From Escherichia phage EI-SP-GF, in sequence record OR992645.1: a DNA stretch of 64,000 nucleotides. One strand, written 5' to 3'. The translations under genes were made by a program, and so were the position numbers. A model generated the notes under the pieces. The model did not search any database. It saw only the letters and a list, made by a program, of their open reading frames with translations, and had not been told where the DNA came from. Position 1 is the stretch's first letter. The number at the start of each line of letters is the position of its first letter. Below, piece by piece: positions 46,741 to 56,644 of the stretch.

Positions 46741-46831
46741 TTTAATTTATACCGATACCCGAAAATTAACCAACAAATCATAAACAGGCGGTTACCGCCG
46801 CCTTAAACGTAGCAGAAAGAGGATAGACACA

Positions 46832-47122
46832 ATGAAAAAGATGATCGCAGTGGTTGCCCTGGTTGTTGGACTTAGTGCGCCTGCAATGGCTAATGAGCTG
46901 GCAAAAGAGGTTAATCTAACGGATATTCATGCCGTCAATCGAATCGGGGTTACTTATCGCTTATGCCTTGCCACTAAAACTTTTAATGACGGTACAACAG
47001 AGTACTACGGATTCGAGGGTATCCGGTGCGGTGAACTTGCTCGCGACCTTAAGGAAGATCCAGACCTGGAAGATTTGCCGATGACGGTAAACGGTAAAGC
47101 TTACGTAAACCGCCAACAATAA
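46832..47122 (+). CDS. Secreted/periplasmic small protein
   Basis: Signal peptide MKKMIAVVALVVGLSAPAMA; AAGAGGATAGACAC RBS. Confidence 0.6.
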   Translation: MKKMIAVVALVVGLSAPAMANELAKEVNLTDIHAVNRIGVTYRLCLATKTFNDGTTEYYGFEGIRCGELARDLKEDPDLEDLPMTVNGKAYVNRQQ

Positions 47123-47138
47123 GTAAGGGCGATGTAAA

Positions 47139-47330
47139 ATGAATACTGAACAAGTTAGAAAGGTATTGGCGGTACTGCGTTATCATAATCATAAAAAGGT
47201 GATAGACGATCCTGATTATGTAGATTCAAGCCTGGAAGAGGACACGCTACAAGCTATAGGCCATATGCAAGAATTGCTTAAACGCATGACAGAGAAAAAC
47301 CGACCGGACTACATAGGGGGTAAAATATGA
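47139..47330 (+). CDS. Hypothetical protein
   Basis: 63 aa ORF. Confidence 0.45.
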   Translation: MNTEQVRKVLAVLRYHNHKKVIDDPDYVDSSLEEDTLQAIGHMQELLKRMTEKNRPDYIGGKI

Positions 47331-47638
47331 TCGCTATTACGCCAACCGTTTTAGATTGGTATCGGCAACGCATAGCGCCTCCACTGGCTATCTTCAAAGA
47401 TGCGGAAGCAAAACAACGCCGGATCTCAATACATGAGATCATCAACCTTAACGCTGGAGGCACACCATACCGCCCAGGACCTGGCCGTGAGATGGACAAT
47501 ACATTGGCGATCCTGAAGATACGCCGTAAACGGTCCTCCCTTACGCTGGATTCATTACACACAATGCAGTCTCCGTTCCAGGTGACTGGGAAACGGATCG
47601 CCAGGTCCTGGACAAAGGCCAATGACCGGACCGTATAA
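47327..47638 (+). CDS. Hypothetical protein
   Basis: GGGGG RBS; 103 aa. Confidence 0.5.
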   Translation: MIAITPTVLDWYRQRIAPPLAIFKDAEAKQRRISIHEIINLNAGGTPYRPGPGREMDNTLAILKIRRKRSSLTLDSLHTMQSPFQVTGKRIARSWTKANDRTV

Positions 47639-47772
47639 ATAAAAGTGTTTTGGTACTGATTTTGGGGTTGACTTGTTCGGCCCCTTTTGCTATTCTTATT
47701 AAACGGGCGGCACTTGGGAACAGGTGGAGACAATCACCGGGCCTGCCTGTCATATAAGAACTATAAAAACCG

Positions 47773-47801
47773 TTGACATCTGCCATGGGGTGGGGTAACA
47801 T
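47773..47801 (+). promoter_or_regulatory. Sigma70-like promoter (TTGACA-17-TAACAT)
   Basis: TTGACA 47773-47778; AGAGAGGAAAACAC RBS downstream. Confidence 0.5.
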
Positions 47802-47855
47802 TTATCTTGAAGGGGCAAAGGTGCCCACACAACAACCAGAAGAGAGGAAAACACT

Positions 47856-48128
47856 ATGTCAAGCTGGATTAATCAAGAAGTCGAATCACGTTTTAATGCT
47901 ATTTGGGATCTCATCGAAAAAGAAGACGGCACATCAAGCCCCTACCTCAACAATTTGGAATTCCATTTTGTGGAAGCGATGAACGCAGAACATGATCACG
48001 AAGGTGGTGCGGACGAGTTCGCTAAAGGGTATGGCTTCAACAATGCCAACGAAATGATCGAGGCGGTTGTACTCCAGGCTGAGGAAGATTATCAATTAAA
48101 AACGCTTGAATTCTGCCGCCGTAAGTAA
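47856..48128 (+). CDS. Hypothetical acidic protein
   Basis: 90 aa ORF with strong RBS. Confidence 0.55.
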   Translation: MSSWINQEVESRFNAIWDLIEKEDGTSSPYLNNLEFHFVEAMNAEHDHEGGADEFAKGYGFNNANEMIEAVVLQAEEDYQLKTLEFCRRK

Positions 48129-48188
48129 TAAGATAATGACACGGGCCGGGAGGCCCACTAATCAGAACCGCACAAAGAGGTAAACATC

Positions 48189-48452
48189 ATGAAACGTCTT
48201 GATCAGCTTAAACTAGTTCAGTACATGGCCTACAAAATTCTTGAAGTCCAAAAAGGTAGCAAAAAAGAGGTTTGCGAGAAAGCGTACAAGATCTTTACTC
48301 GTAAAAAAGACGATTGGATGTTGCGCCAGACTAAAAAGGCTGACATCTTGGGGTACCTGGAAGAAGAGATCCGACTTGAAGAGCAAGAAGAGATCCGCCG
48401 TAGTGAGGCAGATTATCAGGCAGCCTGGGAAAGCTGGATGAATAACAAATAA
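48189..48452 (+). CDS. Hypothetical protein
   Basis: AAGAGGTAAACATC RBS; 87 aa. Confidence 0.55.
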   Translation: MKRLDQLKLVQYMAYKILEVQKGSKKEVCEKAYKIFTRKKDDWMLRQTKKADILGYLEEEIRLEEQEEIRRSEADYQAAWESWMNNK

Positions 48453-48519
48453 TACAACAGGTTGCATGGTCAGGGGCGATAAAGCCCCTTGATCACATAA
48501 AAAATTATGCTATCCCTTG

Positions 48520-48548
48520 TTGACAGGGATCGGCAGTTTTGCTATATT
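48520..48548 (+). promoter_or_regulatory. Sigma70-like promoter (TTGACA-17-TATATT)
   Basis: TTGACA 48520-48525, TATATT 48543-48548. Confidence 0.6.
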
Positions 48549-48597
48549 CTTTTTTGAAGGGAAGTTGTAAGAAAATTAACTAAGAGGTAAAAACACC

Positions 48598-49017
48598 ATG
48601 AACATTAAATCTGATAATCCGGCATATAGCTTTGATAACGCTTTTTGTCACGGTCCGGCGGCGAAAGGATTCGAAATCGATGGTAAACTAGTTATTGTCA
48701 ATGTTGACGGGGAAGAGGTTGCAGTATATCCGGTGGCAGACGTTAAAAGCCGTCTACAATGCCGCATCGATGTTACCGCCTACCAGCTTGATCCGGTCCG
48801 GGTAGTTGCCCTGGTCCTGGAAGAAGAAATTAAAGCAATGCACCACAGCAACAAGTTTATTGGTGACGCTCAAGATAATATGAAGGTGTGCCGCCATAAA
48901 GTTAATGAAGTGCTTAAAGAATATGGCTTTAAAGATCTGATGATCAAACGTGAGGAAAAATTCCGCTACCGTAACGACCTGGCAAATCGGATTTTTGAAA
49001 TATACGAATCATTATAA
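48598..49017 (+). CDS. Hypothetical protein; last gene of plus-strand array
   Basis: AAGAGGTAAAAACACC RBS; 139 aa; followed by terminator. Confidence 0.6.
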   Translation: MNIKSDNPAYSFDNAFCHGPAAKGFEIDGKLVIVNVDGEEVAVYPVADVKSRLQCRIDVTAYQLDPVRVVALVLEEEIKAMHHSNKFIGDAQDNMKVCRHKVNEVLKEYGFKDLMIKREEKFRYRNDLANRIFEIYESL

Positions 49018-49036
49018 TTTCTTAACTGAATTATCA

Positions 49037-49063
49037 AGGGGCTTAAAGGCCCCTTTCTTTTTG
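49037..49063 (+). terminator. Rho-independent terminator
   Basis: GGGGC-ttaaag-GCCCC then TTTCTTTTT. Confidence 0.7.
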
Positions 49064-49670
49064 TCTGCTCTTCTCCTACCATAAACGGCCCTACCTGGCA
49101 AGTGGAATAATTGACTAGCCATCAATCCCACACACTGTACAAATATACATGGAAAATAACTATTGCATAATCTTTCATTGTGTGGTAGCAAGGCCATTTT
49201 TACCCGTTTTCTCTCCCAAAAGTGCACGTAATGCAGCTATTGCACAAATTTTAACCTGATGCATATCTCCAATATCTTGTCAACAACTAAAAATCTTTAT
49301 AAGTCATACACTTACACAGCATCGAAAGCGTGTTCTACGCGAAAAATCGAGTATAACTATAGCCGCCAGATCTCAGAATTCACGTACGCACGCCATTCTA
49401 TAGCCTGCAAAGTATTTATTCCAACCACAGAATAACGGAATAGTCAATACCTGCATAAAATAATTATTCGTGTAAACTGCATAACATAAATCAGCTCAGG
49501 TGTCAACATTTTTCGTAAACAGTCCGAAATTATCACGATGAGTTATCATAAACAGAGAAATCTTTAGTCGTCTAATGTTTACTGTACATTACTATACTGA
49601 CTGGAATCATTAGATGACTAAGAAAAAGATAAGAAATAATTAATAATGTAATTGTTTTACCTGTAACAAT

Positions 49671-49849
49671 AAGGCAACTATGCAAACGAATGGCATGGCG
49701 CGACGGAGTCGCGACATAATATAAAAGCAGTAACCATCACCCCCGTGATGGTTTTTCTGCAATCTATTATTCAGATCATAGTTGCCTTGTATTTAGTTAA
49801 TCATGACATAACAAGCAAGGCAACTGTAGATCTTCTAATAGTTGCCCTG
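49671..49849. repeat. Inverted repeats of AAGGCAACT / AGTTGCC(T/C)T (four half-sites) plus CGCGAC-gga-GTCGCG palindrome
   Basis: AAGGCAACT at 49671 and 49816; ATAGTTGCC at 49777 and 49838; GC palindrome at about 49698-49715. Confidence 0.65.
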
Positions 49850-49879
49850 CTTTTATATTATGTCATAGATTATTAACTT

Positions 49880-50110
49880 ATTAACTGTCAGCTTGTTGGC
49901 TGTTAGCTTGTCAATTGTTATCTTGTTAATTGTTTTCATGCAAACGAATGTCATGGCTTATCATCTCTGTGTAAACAGTTTGGGCGTAAACTATTCAGGC
50001 GTAAACAGTCTATGAGTAAACAGTGAGATATGGAATAGTAACAGCCGTTATTGTGTCATATTGTGCTGCAGTGCGTTATGTTGTGCCATATTGTGTCACT
50101 ATTATGTCAG
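49880..50110. repeat. Three short tandem-repeat families in non-coding DNA (CTTGTT-type, GTAAACAGT x4-5, ATATTGTG x3)
   Basis: GTAAACAGT copies between about 49971 and 50035; TTGTTAGCTTGT-like units 49885-49935; ATATTGTG units 50058-50095. Confidence 0.65.
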
Positions 50111-51557
50111 ACAAGTTTTTCCTCTCTTTGTCAAGTGCTGCATGAAAAATTTACAAACTGGTATGGTAGCATTTTTGCGGCCCTGTTTACATTCAGTTGT
50201 GTATGTATAACCCTTGTTGTGTGGGCGTTTAGACGTCTGGACGGTCAGAAGTCCGCAGGTTAATATCTAATCTATTGGCTGCTGACTATATCCCACACAA
50301 ATAGTAAGAAATATAATTGTTATATGCGTAAACAGTAACCCATGTTATCAATCCCTGTATGTATCGCCAGTGGTGCGCATAATGGGTATTATGTTAAATT
50401 GCCCGTAATGATAACCATTCTCACAATGATAGGTATTCTCATTCACTCCCACAAGATAGATTGCAAATGTTGTGCCACTGTGTGAACGGCCTGGCCTATT
50501 AATTTGCCTCACTGCCTCGATATTTGAGAATTATTATAAAAATGAGAAGTATTCCCATTCCGTCCGCCTGGCAGCACTCCAGTCGCTACCGGCTCCTGAC
50601 AGGGCAGCACTCCTGTAGGACAAGCACAAAATCGGGGCATAACTGCCTGTTCAGATATTTCTGGCTAACTCTTCAGGCCTGTGTGGGAAAAGCCAACCTC
50701 TCCGGCGGCGGGGAGGGGTCAATTAAAAAATTTAGGTGGTGTATGAAGCGCTCTTCAGGCAAGGTGTGTATTATGGGATGAAACCCTCTTCAGGTGATGA
50801 TATTTGTGGGTGTGATATTTGCTGGAAAGCCAGATATGACGGGACTCCCGGCGGGGCAGGGGTAGTACAGGCAGGGAAAATGTGAGGATGTGGTGGGAGT
50901 AAATTGATCAGGCAGGTAGGATATGGAATATGTTACAAGTATGTTAAATATGGAGGCAGGATATTTGTAAGATTTGTGTGTAAAATCAAAGACTTAAGTG
51001 GTGTTGTGGTATTTTCTATAAATAATTCAAGTTTAATAGGTAATATTTGTCTCTATCCGCTTTGTGTGGTAAACAGATTCTAATTGAATTGGTTTACAAG
51101 TGTATATAAAGTATACAAATTAAAGATATAAGAAACCCCCCTCCCCCTTCGGCTACCATTCACCTTTTCCTCTGACTGGTACTTAAACACTTATTCAGAC
51201 TCTTCAGGTTATCACCCATATACTATATGGCAGTGACTGGTGTCCTCCGGCCCCTCTTTCGTCACCCGTCCGCTTCGCCATGCTAATGCCATAGCTAAAG
51301 GTTCGGTTGTTCACCCTGTTCACTCAGGTGTATCTCCATACCCCTTCAAACCGAAGAGAACAGAAAACCCGAATTACTCGGTAAAAGAAAAGAGAAGAAC
51401 TTAATTTTATCAGGATAGGCAAGAATGTCAAGGGATGACTGCTCACTAAACAAGCAAACAGTCATGTGTGGTAGGTAAGTGATTGTGGTGGTGGAAAATT
51501 TAGTTGAAAGATGTGTTATAGTGCTTCCAGCACTTTAGCCGGGCGGCTAATTGTGTG

Positions 51558-51773
51558 TCAGTCCAGCGGTTCATCCTCCACTTCACTGAAATCAATGTTC
51601 AGGGTCTCTTCCCAACCATCGATCTCAGCACAAGAGTGAAGTTCTTTAGGGTTTACTCCCAAAGCCTCAGCAACAGAGTCTATATTTAACACCTCTGGCA
51701 GGTATGATTCATCGAATTCAAGGTAAATCAGGCCACGAGTGTTGTCAGCTCCACCAAATATTTCTATCTTCAT
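51558..51773 (-). CDS. Small acidic hypothetical protein
   Basis: 71 aa ORF, last gene of minus-strand array. Confidence 0.5.
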   Translation of the reverse strand: MKIEIFGGADNTRGLIYLEFDESYLPEVLNIDSVAEALGVNPKELHSCAEIDGWEETLNIDFSEVEDEPLD

Positions 51774-51894
51774 GAAATCTCCTCTGGAAATGAGAGTGTG
51801 AACAGGGTTTTATACGTCCCAATGCACAGGAATTATGCACGTTTGCCTCTTCAGGCCATGCTTTAGCATGAGGAACCTGTGTGGGCTCGGTGCT

Positions 51895-52233
51895 TCATAG
51901 TCTACCACCTCTGAACTCTTCGTGCTCAGGCATAATAGAGAACCAGATATCTACGATGTCCTCCCACGTCAGGTCATCAGCCTCAGGATCTACCTGGAGC
52001 GAAGATGGAGAATCTTCAGAATCGAAGTTTTCCTCTTTCACTGGCTCAGCCAATGGACATATGGTCACTCCTTCAGATGTCTCTTCAGATGCATGTGTGT
52101 TGATCATGTTCCACCCGTGAGTATTCCGGCAACAGCCGCTATGGACGTAATGATCATCAGGATCACCACTAAAACTTCGGACAATGTTCTCATTGTGTAT
52201 TCCATATTCTCCAAACTGTGTGGATACTATCAC
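51895..52233 (-). CDS. Acidic hypothetical protein (start uncertain)
   Basis: Minus-strand promoter 52224-52252 overlaps the annotated start; true start probably at an internal Met. Confidence 0.4.
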   Translation of the reverse strand: MIVSTQFGEYGIHNENIVRSFSGDPDDHYVHSGCCRNTHGWNMINTHASEETSEGVTICPLAEPVKEENFDSEDSPSSLQVDPEADDLTWEDIVDIWFSIMPEHEEFRGGRL

Positions 52234-52252
52234 TGTAGCGGTAATGTGTCAA
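52224..52252 (-). promoter_or_regulatory. Sigma70-like promoter (TTGACA-17-TAGTAT), minus strand
   Basis: Reverse complement reads TTGACA, 17 nt, TAGTAT. Confidence 0.5.
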
Positions 52253-52417
52253 CAGAAACGCCGCGAGGGTTTGGTTAAAATCCGAGCGTATGGTGATTTG
52301 GGTCAAAACGGACGTGCGTTCTCGCTACGCTCGAAATAGAGAGTTGTTTGTAGGAAGCTCTTAAACGCTTTGTAATGAGATTAACTACCCAAGGTATGCA
52401 ATCGTGCACCAGATAAA

Positions 52418-52445
52418 GAAAAGGACGCCACAGAGCGTCCTAGGT
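52418..52445 (-). terminator. Rho-independent terminator, minus strand
   Basis: GGACGC-tctgtg-GCGTCC followed on the minus strand by TTTTCTTTAT. Confidence 0.65.
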
Positions 52446-52465
52446 GTCTTAAATTTGATGTTTTG

Positions 52466-52777
52466 CTATACCCATGAGGGCTTATCAAGGTTGGAGTAGC
52501 TGAAAGGTGTCAAAAGGTGACTGTCAAAATCTCTCAAACTATCCAGATCTTTTTCCTCGTCCTGACACCATCTGTGCCTACATTTATTGTTGTAGTGCAT
52601 AGAATGCATAGCGTTCTGCAACTTAACAGGCACAAGCGATTCAGGAGTAGATAGTATTGTTGGGTATGCCAGGACTATCTCAAACAATGGAAACACATCG
52701 AAACTGAAGTTTGTTTCTGCAGAGGTTGATGGCATGTAGGAGTATTTAGCCGCCTTTGTAGACATAATCCACCTCAC
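52466..52777 (-). CDS. Hypothetical protein
   Basis: 103 aa ORF. Confidence 0.5.
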   Translation of the reverse strand: MRWIMSTKAAKYSYMPSTSAETNFSFDVFPLFEIVLAYPTILSTPESLVPVKLQNAMHSMHYNNKCRHRWCQDEEKDLDSLRDFDSHLLTPFSYSNLDKPSWV

Positions 52778-53106
52778 ACAGGTTTGATAATACCTTCACC
52801 GAATAACTCTTCGTATCTAATCTTGTCCGGATCCCACTCCTGGATAATTTCGAAGATAATATCCAACCCTGGGATAATCACTTCTCCAGTGTCAAGCTTA
52901 GCAAGAACAAAACCGGAAGGTTGAATGGTTTCCCAGTTACGGCGATCAGAATAAAATACTTCGAAAATATCACCAACCTCAATCCGTTTCTGTTGCTCAA
53001 GATGCTCAAGGTTCTCTTTCATACGGATGCAGCGGATTTTTCGTGCAGGCCATAGACCACCTGCATCACGTTCATTCAATTCTTTTACAGTGATCGGCAT
53101 ACCCAT
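52774..53106 (-). CDS. Hypothetical protein
   Basis: 110 aa ORF. Confidence 0.55.
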   Translation of the reverse strand: MGMPITVKELNERDAGGLWPARKIRCIRMKENLEHLEQQKRIEVGDIFEVFYSDRRNWETIQPSGFVLAKLDTGEVIIPGLDIIFEIIQEWDPDKIRYEELFGEGIIKPV

Positions 53107-53127
53107 CTCAAATCTCCTTCATAGGTA

Positions 53128-53150
53128 GTAAAAAGAGGGGCTTGGGCCCC
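53128..53150 (-). terminator. Rho-independent terminator, minus strand
   Basis: AGAGGGGC-ttgg-GCCCCTCT with TTTTTAC on the minus strand. Confidence 0.65.
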
Positions 53151-53159
53151 TCTTTGTCA

Positions 53160-53465
53160 TTATTCTACAGAGCGTTTGAACAGAATGTCTGCCTCAGACA
53201 TGTGCTCAACCTCTTCTTCGATTTTAGCTCGACGTTTTTCAGCCTCATAGCGAATATCGAACTCGGTAGCCACCAGAGATTTGATGAATTTAGGAGAATA
53301 CAGGTGATCCTGCTTCTCAACGAGAATGATATCCTTAATGGCATCTTTCAGATCTTTAATCTGAAGTTGGAGTTCCACCAGTTCTTCGATTGTTTTGCGG
53401 AGGCGATCACGCTCTGCAGTGTCAGAAGGAAGAGAGGTGAACAGTTCAACTTTAGATTTAGCCAT
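53160..53465 (-). CDS. Coiled-coil hypothetical protein
   Basis: 101 aa, heptad-like charged repeats. Confidence 0.55.
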   Translation of the reverse strand: MAKSKVELFTSLPSDTAERDRLRKTIEELVELQLQIKDLKDAIKDIILVEKQDHLYSPKFIKSLVATEFDIRYEAEKRRAKIEEEVEHMSEADILFKRSVE

Positions 53466-53493
53466 AGTAAGAGTCTCCTTATGTTGTTTTAAA

Positions 53494-53745
53494 TTAACGT
53501 TCTACAAAAATACCGTTCAGTTCAATAACCAGGAATTTCTGGTCTTCACTATCGTCTCGTGCCAGCACCTCACAGACGTATCGGTCATCTCCATCATCAT
53601 CGCAGTCAAATACAAGACTGAGGACTTTATCATGATAAACCTTCGCCACTACCGCCTCGTAAGTATTGCCGATTGTGAATCCAAGATAATCTCCAATGCA
53701 TTTGACAACAACATGATCGCCAGCATTCAAGTCAATCTTCGTCAT
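53494..53745 (-). CDS. Hypothetical protein
   Basis: ATG 53745 after AAGGAG RBS (the longer track ORF lacks an RBS). Confidence 0.55.
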   Translation of the reverse strand: MTKIDLNAGDHVVVKCIGDYLGFTIGNTYEAVVAKVYHDKVLSLVFDCDDDGDDRYVCEVLARDDSEDQKFLVIELNGIFVER

Positions 53746-53900
53746 TACTGCGCTCCTTGGGTAATAATACTGTATGTAAAACTTTAACCAGAGATGTGAA
53801 TAACGCCCCAAAACACACCGATAGCGCTAAAACAGACAAGGCCATCATTAAAGCTTCAGTAAAATCAGTCACTCCTCACCTCTTGTTAGTCACTATACTG

Positions 53901-54164
53901 TCATTTATCCTTGCCGTCAAGAACTTTTTTAAATCTTTCAGGTATATCGCCTGTTCTTAGATAGCTCATGACCTCACAAGGTTCCCATTTGAATTTCTTG
54001 CAAAGCAGGGCGGCTGAGATTGTTTCATTGCGAAAAGAAAGGATATTAATATCCCATTCTGAGAACCCCAACTTCCGAAGGGTAGCTACAGAAATCCTCA
54101 CCGCAACCCAGCAGCAAAAACATGCAACAAACGCCACTGCTATAACCCACATCAGGATGTTCAT
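53901..54164 (-). CDS. Small membrane protein
   Basis: N-terminal TM MNILMWVIAVAFVACFCCWVAV. Confidence 0.5.
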   Translation of the reverse strand: MNILMWVIAVAFVACFCCWVAVRISVATLRKLGFSEWDINILSFRNETISAALLCKKFKWEPCEVMSYLRTGDIPERFKKVLDGKDK

Positions 54165-54253
54165 ACAAGCACCTCACTGAAATACAAGACACAGTGTTAA
54201 GGTTGCAGACCAGCAAATAATTAACAGTGCCGTTGCAACCTTGGCAAGATTTA

Positions 54254-54541
54254 TCATAGTGCCTCTAAGATTTCATACCCTTCGGGTCGGAATACAAGCC
54301 ACTCCGTGGATCCGTTTGGTCGATACGCTTTATACAGAACAACCTGATCTCGGCACATGCACATAGCTACATAGTTTTCATCCACACCTGCAGCCTGCAT
54401 TGCATCTTCTTCTCCGGTAACTGCTTTGCTTACAACCTCCTTAGTAGGCAGGTGTGCGATCAGCTCGTCACCATCATTAATTCCAAAATGGCTGAGTTCT
54501 CCACTGGTATCTTTAATCTTGATCTTAACCAAATCCTTCAT
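54254..54541 (-). CDS. Small acidic protein
   Basis: 95 aa; MK..KIKIKD start and acidic EGYEILEAL end, like neighbours. Confidence 0.55.
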   Translation of the reverse strand: MKDLVKIKIKDTSGELSHFGINDGDELIAHLPTKEVVSKAVTGEEDAMQAAGVDENYVAMCMCRDQVVLYKAYRPNGSTEWLVFRPEGYEILEAL

Positions 54542-54870
54542 TAGTCTTCCCCCAAGTTCAAAGGTCCTAAGATTTCATATGCCAGATTAGAAGTTACCAG
54601 GGGATCTTCTGCATCTTTAGTATTATACCACCCGTGAATAACCAGAGTCCCACTTTGCTTCATGTCTAACTGGAACTGTTCTGCCGTTTCCTCATCCATC
54701 TCCAAGATCTCCATGAGGTATTTGATGTTAGGAAGGTATGCAGCTGTTACAGTCCCCTCTACCAGGCCTTCAGGCCAACCTACATCCGGATGACAAGTAG
54801 GGACCAGAGAGGTCAGCTTGATAGTGTATGCTTTTTCTGCACGAGCCTTCAGTAACGGATCAATTTTCAT
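54541..54870 (-). CDS. Small acidic protein
   Basis: 109 aa ORF. Confidence 0.55.
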   Translation of the reverse strand: MKIDPLLKARAEKAYTIKLTSLVPTCHPDVGWPEGLVEGTVTAAYLPNIKYLMEILEMDEETAEQFQLDMKQSGTLVIHGWYNTKDAEDPLVTSNLAYEILGPLNLGED

Positions 54871-55220
54871 TATTCTTCCTCCTCTTCGGTGCCTGCTTCC
54901 AGTAGTAAGTTAAGAACATCTTCAGCAGAAGGTTCGTAGAACTCTTGGCCTTCGTTGTCGATGATACGATAGTCATCACCACGAATAATTAGAGGATCGT
55001 CATCAAAACCTTCAAGACCTTTAACAACGACAACACGGTCGATTGCCATCATTGTAAGAACTTTATCAACATCTTCCTCTGCTACACCATACTGCAGCAG
55101 AATGTCTTTGGTAGGAGGGACAGCATCCACCACAACACCGTTACCAAAACCTTCCGGAAGTTTAGCTAAAATATCTTCCGGAACCACATTCATATCAAAA
55201 CCTGTGATCTCTACTTTCAT
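54870..55220 (-). CDS. Small acidic protein with poly-Glu tail
   Basis: 116 aa; ends EAGTEEEEE. Confidence 0.55.
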   Translation of the reverse strand: MKVEITGFDMNVVPEDILAKLPEGFGNGVVVDAVPPTKDILLQYGVAEEDVDKVLTMMAIDRVVVVKGLEGFDDDPLIIRGDDYRIIDNEGQEFYEPSAEDVLNLLLEAGTEEEEE

Positions 55221-55481
55221 TTACAGAACCTCTTCGTCAACTACTTCATAAAAATGGCTTGGGATTGCAATGGCGTTCTCGCCTTCACCTAAGAACACTG
55301 TCCCACTAACGATTAACATTAGAAGAACGTCTGCGATACCTTCCTCTGGGACGTTGCCAAAACCTTTAATCAGCTCGTAGGTTGGAAGATTTACCTCTAA
55401 GATGTCACCATCCTTAGAACGGAAATCAACACCGTCCTGAATCTCTGCCGTTTCAAGGTTTTTCAATTTAATCTTCATCAA
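55221..55481 (-). CDS. Small acidic protein
   Basis: 86 aa; MMKIKLKNLE...YEVVDEEVL. Confidence 0.55.
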   Translation of the reverse strand: MMKIKLKNLETAEIQDGVDFRSKDGDILEVNLPTYELIKGFGNVPEEGIADVLLMLIVSGTVFLGEGENAIAIPSHFYEVVDEEVL

Positions 55482-55557
55482 TCAGTCTCCTGTCTTGTTA
55501 AGATGAAGGTATTATTGCACACAGGGTTGGTGTTGTCAACACCTGTGTGTCATAAAA

Positions 55558-55953
55558 TTACTGAAACAGTGCAGATAAATTACCTTCTGGTGGGAACTTA
55601 TCTGCCAGGAATGGGGTTAGAACAGTGGCCTTCTGAAGATCAGGGGTCCACTCATTGTTCAGAACATCCCAGTAGTACGCAATGTTGCTGTGTGGGTGAC
55701 GCATTACGAACTTTTTCCCTTCGTAGCCATCTGAAACCTCTACAGAAGAAATAACAACAGAATCTTCAAGGGTTTCTTCATAGAAAGATCCGCCTTCAAA
55801 TTTCCAACGAGATGCAAGAGCCCCTGCCTTGAACGCTGCAGATAACGGACTGTCGGCAAGAACATACATTTCTTGCACTCTGTCGCTGCGATCTTTGCTT
55901 CTTACGTTGTATACAGTATCTGAGCTATACTCAACACGGTATAGGCTTACCAT
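55558..55953 (-). CDS. Hypothetical protein, paralogue of 57760-58158
   Basis: Shares KKFVMRHPHSNIAYYWDVLNNEWTP with the other copy. Confidence 0.6.
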   Translation of the reverse strand: MVSLYRVEYSSDTVYNVRSKDRSDRVQEMYVLADSPLSAAFKAGALASRWKFEGGSFYEETLEDSVVISSVEVSDGYEGKKFVMRHPHSNIAYYWDVLNNEWTPDLQKATVLTPFLADKFPPEGNLSALFQ

Positions 55954-56312
55954 TACCGCACCTCCTCAATAACTTCCACATCTGAACCTACCACAAATGC
56001 AAAAGGACAGGTTTCATGAAAGATATCCGGATCGCCGCCAAGCTTGCTAACAATCTCTCCACCACTAATAAACACAAGCTCACCGATATTCATCAGATTG
56101 CTGAAATAGTACCCATAATGATTAAAGAATGCAGCAGGATCAGGTAGACTAGTAGCCTCAAGCACTACATCAGTTGAGGTTACTTTCTTATCATAACCTC
56201 TCGCCTTTTGAGATGCAAGATCTGCAGAATCCTCAGGAGACCGGAGATGCACAGGGATTGTTTCACCAATAAAGCGTACTTTCATATTATCACCCAACAA
56301 CCATAGCTTCAA
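55953..56312 (-). CDS. Hypothetical protein
   Basis: 119 aa ORF; internal alternative start MKVRF. Confidence 0.5.
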   Translation of the reverse strand: MKLWLLGDNMKVRFIGETIPVHLRSPEDSADLASQKARGYDKKVTSTDVVLEATSLPDPAAFFNHYGYYFSNLMNIGELVFISGGEIVSKLGGDPDIFHETCPFAFVVGSDVEVIEEVR

Positions 56313-56553
56313 AAGGAGTCATGAACGAATAAACGGCATCATCATCTGCTTCAGGGAATGCTCCCAAAGACTTCATGTCTGAGCCCTTGACAAATACAAG
56401 GTTTTGATCAAAGGCTTCTTGGGGGTCAATCCGATACATATTTCGTAGAATATCGCTTACCTCCTCATCAAGAGGTGAGTATGCTGTGCACGTTTTTCCG
56501 ATCAAGCTTTGAGAATCAGGGTATCCACCTGAAGTTTTAAAATAAACAATCAT
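56290..56553 (-). CDS. Small protein related to the DLIAAGA family
   Basis: VFVKGSDMKSLGAFPE resembles VMVKGKDLLAAGAES. Confidence 0.5.
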   Translation of the reverse strand: MIVYFKTSGGYPDSQSLIGKTCTAYSPLDEEVSDILRNMYRIDPQEAFDQNLVFVKGSDMKSLGAFPEADDDAVYSFMTPFEAMVVG

Positions 56554-56644
56554 ATAGTATCACCTCTGGTAAGAGATTGGGATTCCTTTCCCACAAATAA
56601 TTACAAACCTTCCTTATCGAGGAAGCATGCTAATCCGAGCAGGA

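Noticed and set aside
50051-50781. Two ORFs of 70-85 codons (50051-50263, 50524-50781) inside the 2.5 kb non-coding zone
   Set aside because: Low-complexity, Cys/His-rich translations generated by the tandem repeats; no RBS and no neighbouring gene context. Treated as non-coding.
49018-51557. tRNA genes in the large non-coding regions (also checked 37460-38719)
   Set aside because: No convincing T-loop (GGTTCGAATCC-like) with matching acceptor stem was found by eye; a covariance-model scan would be needed to exclude them.
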